From a virus (lineage: Duplodnaviria > Caudoviricetes), in the IMG/VR virus record IMGVR_UViG_3300009610_000033, positions 1 to 57,368 of that record: a stretch of 57,368 nt of DNA, one strand, 5' to 3'. The notes beneath the pieces are model-generated. The model had not been told where the DNA came from. It was given only the letters and a program-made list of their open reading frames with translations, and searched no databases. Positions 8,715-15,696 of this stretch are shown in pieces; within the stretch, counting starts at the first letter, position 1, and every line of letters starts with the position of its first letter. The position numbers were made by a program, and so were the translations under genes.

Positions 8715-8904
8715 CGGCGGGCTCCTGTTGGTCTGGTAGGAGGATGCCGCGTAGCCGTAGCTGCCGGAGCGCCATTCTGAGCACCGCGGTCGGCGAGATG
8801 CCGAGGTTCCGGACGTAGTGATCGACCGTCGCCTGTTCCTCGTCTGTGAGCCTGATGCTCATCGGTGCGCGCTTCGCCATCCTCGGGAGTGTAGCGGCAT
8901 TCAC
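8683..8904 (-). CDS. Ribbon-helix-helix (CopG/Arc-like) regulator
   Basis: MSIRLTDEEQATVDHYVRNLGISPTAVLRMAL. First gene of the operon. Start is GTG 8904 (leaderless) or ATG 8880. Confidence 0.75.
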   Translation of the reverse strand: MNAATLPRMAKRAPMSIRLTDEEQATVDHYVRNLGISPTAVLRMALRQLRLRGILLPDQQEPADAEADDSPDE

Positions 8905-8910
8905 GGCGGG

Positions 8911-8939
8911 ATTCTAGCGCGAAGCGCAGCGCATGTCAA
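8911..8939 (-). promoter_or_regulatory. Strong leftward promoter with palindromic operator
   Basis: TTGACA-17-TAGAAT. The inverted repeat GCAGCGCAT-GTCA-ATGCGCTGC covers the -35. Confidence 0.8.
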
Positions 8940-8948
8940 TGCGCTGCA

Positions 8949-8977
8949 TTGCACTGCGCTGGACGACCGCGTATCAT
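8949..8977 (+). promoter_or_regulatory. Divergent rightward promoter
   Basis: TTGCAC-17-TATCAT. Confidence 0.6.
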
Positions 8978-9064
8978 TCCGTCGCCGCATGGGAGGGAGA
9001 TGGGCCGCCGGCAGGGTGCACTGCCGGCGGCCCGGTCGGGGAGATCACTCGCCGACACCTCCAA

Positions 9065-9082
9065 ATAATAGCACGGGCGTTC
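9065..9082 (-). promoter_or_regulatory. GAACGCCCGTGCTA operator/extended -10, copy 1
   Basis: GAACGCCCGTGC-TATTAT on the minus strand. Confidence 0.65.
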
Positions 9083-9083
9083 T

Positions 9084-9287
9084 GTGGGGAGATCACTAAG
9101 CAGGCCCGCTGCGCGCCGGCGCCGGTCCGTGCCGCCAGACGACGAGGCCGATGTCGAGGGCCTCGGCGAGTTCCTGCGACGGGTAGAGGAAGCCGAGGCC
9201 GAGGACCCGGACGAGCCTGGGCGCTGGGCGGCGTTCTTCGCGCGGCTGTCGCGGCTCATCCCAGGCCGCGAAGACCCGACGGAGTGA
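9084..9287 (+). CDS. Small acidic hypothetical protein
   Basis: Plausible composition; start uncertain. Confidence 0.4.
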   Translation: MGRSLSRPAARRRRSVPPDDEADVEGLGEFLRRVEEAEAEDPDEPGRWAAFFARLSRLIPGREDPTE

Positions 9288-9307
9288 GGCTCAGCGGCGT
9301 GTCGCGG

Positions 9308-9558
9308 GTACCCATCCTGTACCCTAGTTGCGGCTGACGGCGGCCCGTGCCGGCTGACAAATGCAGGCATTTAGGCCGCGTTTACACTGTCGGAATGACC
9401 ATCATCGGTGGCCTCTGACGACGGGTGGCCCGCCTCCAAATCCGCAGGTTGCAGGTTCGAGTCCTGTCCCTCCTGCCACGAAGTTCCCTTTTGGAGAGGG
9501 CCGTCAGCGTCGAAGCTGGCGGCCCTTCGTGTTTCGTACCCTACGCCTACCCTAGTTG
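9308..9558. other. attP: core is the 3' half of tRNA-Trp(CCA) at 9434-9478, with flanking arm-type repeats
   Basis: CTCCAAA anticodon loop, GGTTCGAGTCC T-arm, and CCCTCCTGCCA end. TACCCTAGTTG occurs at 9320-9330 and 9548-9558, each preceded by a degenerate TACCC copy. Confidence 0.88.
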
Positions 9559-10705
9559 ACTCTGGCGAGGCCTCCGCGGGGTCGAGTCCGAGGGCCGCGT
9601 CGAGCTTGCCGATCATACTGTCCAGCGCGCCCGGAACCACGTACGCATAGGTCTCCGTGACCCGCAGCTCGCAGTGGCCCATGAGATCCCGGATCACCAC
9701 CAGCGGCACCCCCTGGTCCTGCAGCAGCGCGGCGAAGACGCGACGCAGCGCGTGCCACCGGATGGGCTTCAGGCCGTGGGACTTCAGGATGATCTTGAAG
9801 TTGTTGGTCAACGACGTGCCGTCCCGCATCCCGCCGGTTGGGTTGGCGAAGACGAACTCGCCGCCTTCCCAGGCGTCGCCGGCGAGGATGCGGTCCTCCT
9901 CCATCTGCTGTCGCCGTAGCGCGAGCGCTTGGATGGCGAGGGCAGCGAGCGGGATTGGTCGCTGGCTCTTCGCGGTCTTGGGGCGGCCGAGCACTCGCTT
10001 CCCGTCCCGGACGTCAACCGCGTGCCGCACGTTGACCTGGCCGCGGGCCTCGTCGACGTCCTGCCACCGAAGGCCGAGCTGCTCGCCCTGGCGCATGCCG
10101 GTAGCGATGGCAAACATGATGACCGGCAGATGGCGGCTGTCCTTGAAGGCGTCGAGGATCTGCCGCGCGTCCGCCGGCGTGAGGACCTCGCGCTCGAACA
10201 CCGGTCGCTCGCCCTTGGGCATCTTGGCGAGGGACGCGGCGTTGGTGGGCAGCCCGTAGTCGATCTGGGCCTGCTTAAGCGCGCCGGACAGGGTCGCCCT
10301 GGCGTTGCGGACGGTGGACTCGGAGAGCCCGCGGGAAAGGAGCTTGGCCAACATCCGCGTCACATGGCCGGGCACCAGGTCGACTAGCTTTAGCTTGCCG
10401 ATCGCCGGGTTGATGTAGTCGGTGACGTGCTGCGAGTAGCTCCGGAAGGTGCGCGAGCGCACGGATCCCTTGGCGTGTAGCTCCAGCCAGTCGGTGAGGT
10501 ACTCTCCGACCGTAACGCCGTCCCGCGGCTTGGACATGCCACGCTCGGCGTCGGAGCGGGCTGCCCGGGACTTGGCCATGGCGCCGGACTTGGTGTCGGC
10601 GTAGAAGGAGCACTGCCGGCCGTCGACGACGACCCGTGCCTCCCAGAAGGTCGAGCCATCCTTTCGTGTCCGCTGCCGGATGCTGCCTTCCCCACGTCCT
10701 CGCAT
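9371..10705 (-). CDS. int: Tyrosine integrase
   Basis: N-terminal RGRGEGSI, GMRQGE (R), PKT (K), HALRR, MGH and catalytic Y in TETY. RBS AGGAGGT. Confidence 0.96.
   Translation of the reverse strand: MRGRGEGSIRQRTRKDGSTFWEARVVVDGRQCSFYADTKSGAMAKSRAARSDAERGMSKPRDGVTVGEYLTDWLELHAKGSVRSRTFRSYSQHVTDYINPAIGKLKLVDLVPGHVTRMLAKLLSRGLSESTVRNARATLSGALKQAQIDYGLPTNAASLAKMPKGERPVFEREVLTPADARQILDAFKDSRHLPVIMFAIATGMRQGEQLGLRWQDVDEARGQVNVRHAVDVRDGKRVLGRPKTAKSQRPIPLAALAIQALALRRQQMEEDRILAGDAWEGGEFVFANPTGGMRDGTSLTNNFKIILKSHGLKPIRWHALRRVFAALLQDQGVPLVVIRDLMGHCELRVTETYAYVVPGALDSMIGKLDAALGLDPAEASPESTRVGVGYETRRAASFDADGPLQKGTSWQEGQDSNLQPADLEAGHPSSEATDDGHSDSVNAA
9497..9534 (+). terminator. Terminator following the tRNA 3' fragment
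   Basis: AGGGCCGTCAGC-N6-GCTGGCGGCCCT followed by TCGTGTTT. Confidence 0.7.
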
Positions 10706-10729
10706 GGTGCACCTCCTCGCTGGACGGGG

Positions 10730-10747
10730 ATTGTAGCACGGGCGTTC
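10730..10747 (-). promoter_or_regulatory. Integrase promoter with GAACGCCCGTGCTA motif, copy 2
   Basis: GAACGCCCGTGC-TACAAT just upstream of the int RBS. Confidence 0.75.
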
Positions 10748-10802
10748 CGAACGGGTGAGCGGAAGGCTTGCCGATGCAGGCGACGCGGTCCATCATTGGC
10801 CC

Positions 10803-10991
10803 ATGCCCCCCTTCCCCGCTCCCGTCCCCGACGACGAGCTCGACGCCCCACCCCCGTCGTCCGCCCTCCCCGACCCGTCCGCCGCCATCGACGCGCTCGA
10901 GGCTTGGCTCGCCACCGCCACAGTCGATGAGATCAGCGAGTTCTACCGGGCCAGGCGCGAGGGGCGGCTGTGGCCGGAGGAGGAGCGGTGA
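10803..10991 (+). CDS. Small acidic hypothetical protein
   Basis: Starts MPPFPAPVPDDELD; fills the gap before the MTase. Confidence 0.5.
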   Translation: MPPFPAPVPDDELDAPPPSSALPDPSAAIDALEAWLATATVDEISEFYRARREGRLWPEEER

Positions 10992-11057
10992 GCCGGTCCG
11001 CTTGACCACGCTGGTATCATCCCGCGCAACCCAGCCAGCCAGGTCGGAGCGAGCCTC

Positions 11058-12665
11058 GTGGACAACACCCTCTACTACGGCGACAACCTCGACATCCTCC
11101 GACGGTACATCCCCGACGAGTCCGTCGACCTGGTGTACTTGGATCCCCCGTTCAACTCCAACGCCACGTACAACGTCCTGTTCGGCGACGCCAAGGGCGC
11201 GATGTCGACGGCGCAGATCCAGGCGTTCGACGACACGTGGCACTGGGACCACAGCGCTGCTGAGGCGCTCGACGATGTGCTGCAGTACGGCGGCCGGCCT
11301 GCGGAGGCGATGCGGGCGTTCGAGCTCCTGCTCGGCCATGGGGACATGCTGGCGTACCTGTCGATGATGGCGCCGCGGCTGATCGAGCTGCGGCGGGTGC
11401 TGAAGCCGACGGGTAGCATCTACCTGCACTGCGACACTACGGCAAGCCACTACCTGAAGGTGTTGATGGACGCGGTGTTTGGGCCGGCGCAGTTCCGGAA
11501 TGACATCGTATGGCAGCGGACCGGGGCGCATAACGATGCACGCCGCTTCGGTCGTGTCACCGACACCATCCTGTACTACACCAAGGGTGCCGACTGCACG
11601 TTCCATCCGCAGTACGAGGTGTACGACCCAGCCTACATCGAGAAGCGCTACAGATATCTCGATCCTGACGGCCGTCGCTTTTGGGCGAACACCGCGACGA
11701 GTCCCAACCCGAGGCCGAACATGATGTACGAGTGGAAGGGTCAACCAAGCCCGCCAAATGGTTGGCGCTTTGAGCGTGCCACGATGGAGCGCATGGAACG
11801 GGAGGGCCGACTCTACTACTCTAAGTCGGGCATGGTCTACGTGAAGAACTACCTGGACGAACAGAAGGGGCGCCCAGCGCAGAATCTGTGGACCGACATT
11901 GTGATGTCGAAGTCCGGTGCCGAACGCCTCGGCTACCCCACCCAGAAGCCGCTCGCCCTCCTGGAGCGCATCATTGCCGCCAGCTCCAACGAGGGCGATG
12001 TCGTCCTCGACCCCTTCTGTGGGTGCGGCACCGCCGTGGTCGCCGCGCAGAAGCTCGGCCGGCGGTGGATCGGCATCGACCTCACGCATCTGGCCATCAA
12101 CCTCATGCGCACGCGGATCAAGGACACGTTCGGCGAAGAGGTGAAGTTCAAGGTGGTGGGAGAGCCGACGACGGAGCAGGAAGCGGCAGAGCTCGCCCGC
12201 ACCGACCCGTACCAGTTCCAGTTCTGGGCCCTGGGCTTGGTGGGCGCGCGGCCGGCGGAGCAGAAGAAGGGTGCGGACCAAGGCATTGACGGCCGGCTGT
12301 ACTTCCGCGACGACCCGAAGGCGCCGTCGAAGCAGGTGATCATCAGCGTGAAGGCGGGCAAGCTGCAGGCCGGCTACGTGCGCGACCTGGTCGGGGTGAT
12401 CGCCCGGGAGAAGGCAGCCATCGGCGTGCTGATCTCGATGGGTGAGCCGACCAAGCCCATGCGCGAGGAGATCGCCAGCCACGGGTTCTACGAGAGCCCG
12501 TGGGGCACGCGCCACCCGCGCATGCAGATGCTCACCATCGAGCAGCTCATGGCCGGCAAGCGCATCGACTACCCGGCGAGCGGGCAGCGTAGCGAGACGT
12601 TCCGGCAGGCGCCGCGGGCGTCGGGGGATGCGGGGCGGCAGGGCGAGTTGTTCGGGGAGGAGTAG
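11058..12665 (+). CDS. Beta-class N6/N4 DNA methyltransferase with C-terminal Mrr-like PD-(D/E)xK domain
   Basis: YLDPPF, YPTQKP and LDPFCGCGT. C-terminal ADQGIDG...IISVKAG. Confidence 0.9.
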   Translation: MDNTLYYGDNLDILRRYIPDESVDLVYLDPPFNSNATYNVLFGDAKGAMSTAQIQAFDDTWHWDHSAAEALDDVLQYGGRPAEAMRAFELLLGHGDMLAYLSMMAPRLIELRRVLKPTGSIYLHCDTTASHYLKVLMDAVFGPAQFRNDIVWQRTGAHNDARRFGRVTDTILYYTKGADCTFHPQYEVYDPAYIEKRYRYLDPDGRRFWANTATSPNPRPNMMYEWKGQPSPPNGWRFERATMERMEREGRLYYSKSGMVYVKNYLDEQKGRPAQNLWTDIVMSKSGAERLGYPTQKPLALLERIIAASSNEGDVVLDPFCGCGTAVVAAQKLGRRWIGIDLTHLAINLMRTRIKDTFGEEVKFKVVGEPTTEQEAAELARTDPYQFQFWALGLVGARPAEQKKGADQGIDGRLYFRDDPKAPSKQVIISVKAGKLQAGYVRDLVGVIAREKAAIGVLISMGEPTKPMREEIASHGFYESPWGTRHPRMQMLTIEQLMAGKRIDYPASGQRSETFRQAPRASGDAGRQGELFGEE

Positions 12666-12672
12666 CAGCCCC

Positions 12673-12702
12673 TTGACCTCCACCGAACGCCCGTGCTATC
12701 CT
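12673..12702 (+). promoter_or_regulatory. Promoter with GAACGCCCGTGCTA motif, copy 3
   Basis: TTGACC-18-TATCCT containing GAACGCCCGTGC. Confidence 0.72.
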
Positions 12703-12745
12703 CCTGCCCGTAGCCTGACGTAGCCCCATACCCTCAGCGGCCATT

Positions 12746-12793
12746 GAGCCCGGAGCCGACCATTGCGGTCGGCGTGCCGGGCTCTTTTCGTTT
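12746..12793 (+). terminator. Leader hairpin with T-tract (possible attenuator)
   Basis: GAGCCCGG-AGCCGACC...GGTCGGC-GTG-CCGGGCTC-TTTT. Confidence 0.65.
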
Positions 12794-12808
12794 CGCCTGG
12801 AGGGACCG

Positions 12809-13096
12809 ATGGAACTGACCGAGCGGCAGCAGACGATCCTCTCCTACGTCCGCGGCTACCTGGCGCAGCACGGCAAGTCGCCGACGATGCGCGAGATCCG
12901 GGACTCGACGGGCACGAGCTCGACGTCCATCGTGGCGTACAACCTCCGGCACCTCGAGCGGCGTGGCCTGCTGCACATGCCCACCGACCGCACCGTCCGC
13001 GGGCTACGCCTGCCTGGCCAGCGGCTGGTGTGGCCCGGCTCCGAGGTCCGCGTCCGCGTTGGCGACCAGGTCTTCGCCGGCGAGCTGGTGGCGTAG
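12809..13096 (+). CDS. LexA DNA-binding-domain protein without peptidase domain
   Basis: LTERQQTILSY...PTMREI...STSIVAYNLRHLERRG...RGLRL. Confidence 0.85.
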   Translation: MELTERQQTILSYVRGYLAQHGKSPTMREIRDSTGTSSTSIVAYNLRHLERRGLLHMPTDRTVRGLRLPGQRLVWPGSEVRVRVGDQVFAGELVA

Positions 13097-13141
13097 TCGT
13101 GGGCGGACGCGAGTTATCCACAGGCTGTGGACGGCCGGTCC

Positions 13142-13170
13142 TTGACACTAGAACGGACGTTCTATATACT
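13142..13170 (+). promoter_or_regulatory. Consensus promoter with LexA (SOS) box
   Basis: TTGACA-17-TATACT with GAAC-GGAC-GTTC (13151-13162) in the spacer. A DnaA-box 9-mer TTATCCACA lies at 13114-13122. Confidence 0.85.
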
Positions 13171-13254
13171 GGCCCGACCCACATAGACGGCGAAGCGCGG
13201 GGAGGTGGTGCTCCCCGCGCCCCTGCCTCACCAGTTCCGGTCAAGGAGATCCTG

Positions 13255-13428
13255 GTGAAGTGTGTTAATTGTGCGCCCCCTGTTGCCGGGCGTCAACCCC
13301 TCAGTCCCCGTCCTACCGCCTCCGAGCTGCGCGACGCGTACGCCGACGTGCTGCTGCGCGACGAGGCCTGCATGCACGGCGTCTCGTTCATGCGCCGGTG
13401 CGTGGACTGCGACGAGGCAGAGTCGTGA
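13255..13428 (+). CDS. Small Cys-rich protein, putatively SOS-induced
   Basis: RBS AAGGAG and GTG start; CVNC, CMHG and CVDC motifs. Confidence 0.6.
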   Translation: MKCVNCAPPVAGRQPLSPRPTASELRDAYADVLLRDEACMHGVSFMRRCVDCDEAES

Positions 13429-13571
13429 GCCGGCTCGCGGCCACCCTCCGTCGTCTGCGTGCACGGCTGTGGCGCCGCCGGGTTGGCGTCTGCCTGACCT
13501 GCGGCCGGGCGCTATGTCCAGGGTGCACGTACCGGTGGCCGCCGCGCAGGCCGGACGGATGGGCGCCGTGA
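13425..13571 (+). CDS. Small basic protein with CxxC...CxxC
   Basis: GTGA-coupled to the previous gene; CLTCGRALCPGC. Confidence 0.45.
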   Translation: MSRLAATLRRLRARLWRRRVGVCLTCGRALCPGCTYRWPPRRPDGWAP

Positions 13572-13585
13572 GCGGGATGGTGGGG

Positions 13586-14569
13586 CTACTTGCCGAGCGT
13601 GGCGGCCTTGATACGCGCTGCCCATGGCTGCGCGTTAGGCGGCAATGGTCCGGCAGCCGGCGCGACGAATCCGGAGCGCGTGCATACGGTGAGCGATACA
13701 TCGTCGATGAACCACCAGCTGTTGTCCAGAGCATCGTTGCTAACAGAGAACACGGCGTGCATGTCCCGGCGGTTTGTGCGCATGTAGCTGGTGACGTCCA
13801 GCTGGCTGTTAGTCCAGTGGCTGACCGCGTTCTGGTTCCAAAAGAACTTGATGAACAGGCTGTCGTCGCCGGTGTCGTTCGGGTCCAGCAACCCATACCC
13901 GTATCCGTCGCTGGTGGCCTCGTGGTCCAGCGTGATCGCGTACCACCAGAACCAGAGGGTGGCCTTCGTCAGATTGGCCGGATTGCCGGTGAACTTGTTG
14001 CTGACCATGACGGATGTCTCGTCTTCGAATGGATGCATTTCACCCATCCACTCGCCCCCATGAGGGGTTACGCCGCTGCTTCCTTTGGTGAAGCGAACGA
14101 TGCCCTCATCGCCAGCCCGGCGCCATGGCCCGTCGGTGTTGGCTTCGAATCCGCCGTCTTGCACGACGTTGGTGCACGTCTCCTGACCGGGGTCCTGTGT
14201 CGGCGTGGGCGTTCGGGTGTCCGTGGGCAGGATCGGTCGTCGTGTCGAGGTTGCGGTAGCCGTCGGCGTGTATGTCGGCTCCGGTGTCGGAGTTGGCGCG
14301 CTGGCCGTCAGAGTGCCAGCGATGGCAGTGCCGACCACATCAGGAGTCGGAGCCAGCGCAGTCCGAGCAGCGAACGTGGCGGCGATGGACGTTGCCACCA
14401 GGTCGGGGGTCTGCGTGGCGCTGGGCTCAGCGGTGATGCGCAGTGGGGATCCGTTGGCCAGCAGCGCTGGCAGGGCGACTTTGTAGGGCAGCTGCTGTGC
14501 GCGGGCAGCCAGGGCGGACCCCAGCGAGACAGCGGCGACGAACGACGCGGCGGCGATGATGCGGCGCAT
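13586..14569 (-). CDS. Secreted surface protein with Pro/Thr linker and beta-sandwich (CBM-like) domain
   Basis: Signal peptide, YKVALPAL motif, TPTPEPTYTPTATAT linker, NVVQDGGFE...WWFIDDVSLTVC. Confidence 0.8.
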   Translation of the reverse strand: MRRIIAAASFVAAVSLGSALAARAQQLPYKVALPALLANGSPLRITAEPSATQTPDLVATSIAATFAARTALAPTPDVVGTAIAGTLTASAPTPTPEPTYTPTATATSTRRPILPTDTRTPTPTQDPGQETCTNVVQDGGFEANTDGPWRRAGDEGIVRFTKGSSGVTPHGGEWMGEMHPFEDETSVMVSNKFTGNPANLTKATLWFWWYAITLDHEATSDGYGYGLLDPNDTGDDSLFIKFFWNQNAVSHWTNSQLDVTSYMRTNRRDMHAVFSVSNDALDNSWWFIDDVSLTVCTRSGFVAPAAGPLPPNAQPWAARIKAATLGK

Positions 14570-14599
14570 GGATTCCCCCTGATAGTGACGCTTCGCCGC

Positions 14600-14628
14600 A
14601 TTGTAACAGCAGCGTTTCCGCCGCGCAA
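14600..14628 (-). promoter_or_regulatory. Promoter of the secreted-protein moron
   Basis: TTGCGC-17-TACAAT with TGn extension. Confidence 0.7.
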
Positions 14629-14720
14629 TGGAACAACCGTTCGGCTTCCCGACCCGTATACGTATGGCAGTCAGAGGGTGCCCCATGCTCCACGGAGCTT
14701 TTCAGCGTACAATCGAGACA

Positions 14721-14993
14721 ATGCCCCAGTGGGACGCCGCGCAGAAAGCGCGGAGAGACCAGGGCGAGCCGGTGAGAATGGCAATCCTGCGAGAGACGCT
14801 GCGACGCCGCAACGAACGCGAACCGTCGTCGACGTGGGCGGAGCTGGGCTCGGCAGTCGGCGTGGCTGGGGAGACGGCGAAGTATCACTGCCGCGTTCTG
14901 CGTCGCCGGGGCTGGGTAGACTTCCAAGACGGTCGCCCGCGCACTCTCGTGTTGACCGAAGCCGGCGAAGCCGCCATCCAGCCCGAAGGTTAA
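14721..14993 (+). CDS. LexA-like winged-helix regulator, probably leaderless
   Basis: STWAELGSAVGV...YHCRVLRRRGWV...PRTLVLT. TACAAT at 14708-14713 lies 7 nt before the ATG. Confidence 0.72.
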   Translation: MPQWDAAQKARRDQGEPVRMAILRETLRRRNEREPSSTWAELGSAVGVAGETAKYHCRVLRRRGWVDFQDGRPRTLVLTEAGEAAIQPEG

Positions 14994-15029
14994 GTTACTG
15001 TCACGGGCCGGAGAGGGCCTCGTGGACGC

Positions 15030-15058
15030 TTGACAGTTTCTTAGTTGCTGGCTATACT
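15030..15058 (+). promoter_or_regulatory. Early lytic promoter
   Basis: TTGACA-17-TATACT upstream of the long rightward operon. Confidence 0.8.
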
Positions 15059-15150
15059 CTACCCACGTTACCAGTTCCATATGACAGCCAGCCGCCCGGC
15101 GTAGAGCACCGGACGGCTGGCACAGGCGATCACGAAAGGAGAGCTTTCTG

Positions 15151-15696
15151 ATGAACGCCACCACGCAGTATAACCTCACCGCCCGGCCGGCGCCCAACGC
15201 CGACCCCGCCACGATCGCGGCGATTCTCGCCCGGTCGCTCCCCGCGGGCCACCCGTACATAGTGGTCGACGCGGACCCGCTGGCCCGCCTGGTGCCGCTG
15301 ACGGACGCGCAGCGCCTCGAGCTGGCAGCCCAGCGCGAGGCGATGGAGGCCGCCGAGTACGAGCGGCTCACGCGCCGGGCACGACGCCACCAGAACGGGC
15401 TCAAGGCGTACAAGGCTCGTCAGGCCCGCAGCCAGGCCAACTCCATGAGCTGGAGCTGGTGGAAGGCCGAGGCGTACCGCATGCGCCGCGAGAATGCCCA
15501 GGTCCTTGTGGCCTCGGCAGCGGCCGGCGAGACGCGCACCCCGATCTGTCCGAGCTGCGGCGACGAGATCCTCATCGGCCGCAACTGGGCCGGCGGCAGC
15601 GACTACCTGTGCGCGGACTGCTACGCCGAGTTCGAGCGCGACATGGCCGAGCAGGATGCCATGGTCGCGTCGGTGGAAGCGATGGTAGCGGCATGA
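15151..15696 (+). CDS. Hypothetical protein with zinc ribbon
   Basis: RBS AAAGGAG; CPSC...CADC. Confidence 0.8.
   Translation: MNATTQYNLTARPAPNADPATIAAILARSLPAGHPYIVVDADPLARLVPLTDAQRLELAAQREAMEAAEYERLTRRARRHQNGLKAYKARQARSQANSMSWSWWKAEAYRMRRENAQVLVASAAAGETRTPICPSCGDEILIGRNWAGGSDYLCADCYAEFERDMAEQDAMVASVEAMVAA

Noticed and set aside
9400-9478. Complete tRNA-Trp gene
   Set aside because: Only the anticodon loop to CCA is present. No matching 5' acceptor strand, D-arm or 5' anticodon strand lies upstream, so this is an attP core.
9084-10991. Paralogy of the two small acidic ORFs flanking int (VPPDDEAD and VPDDELD)
   Set aside because: Similarity is limited to a few low-complexity residues.
10275-12683. 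802-aa minus-strand ORF and similar long antisense ORFs (29462-32134, 34045-36138, 45600-47438)
   Set aside because: Shadow frames of well-supported genes in GC-rich DNA, with no recognisable motifs.
13114-13122. DnaA box as replication origin
   Set aside because: A single box. The iteron array inside the initiator gene is a better origin candidate; kept only as a possible promoter element.
13262-15151. 629-aa plus-strand ORF
   Set aside because: Arg/Gly-rich with no motifs. It overlaps a better-supported secreted protein, promoters and a regulator.
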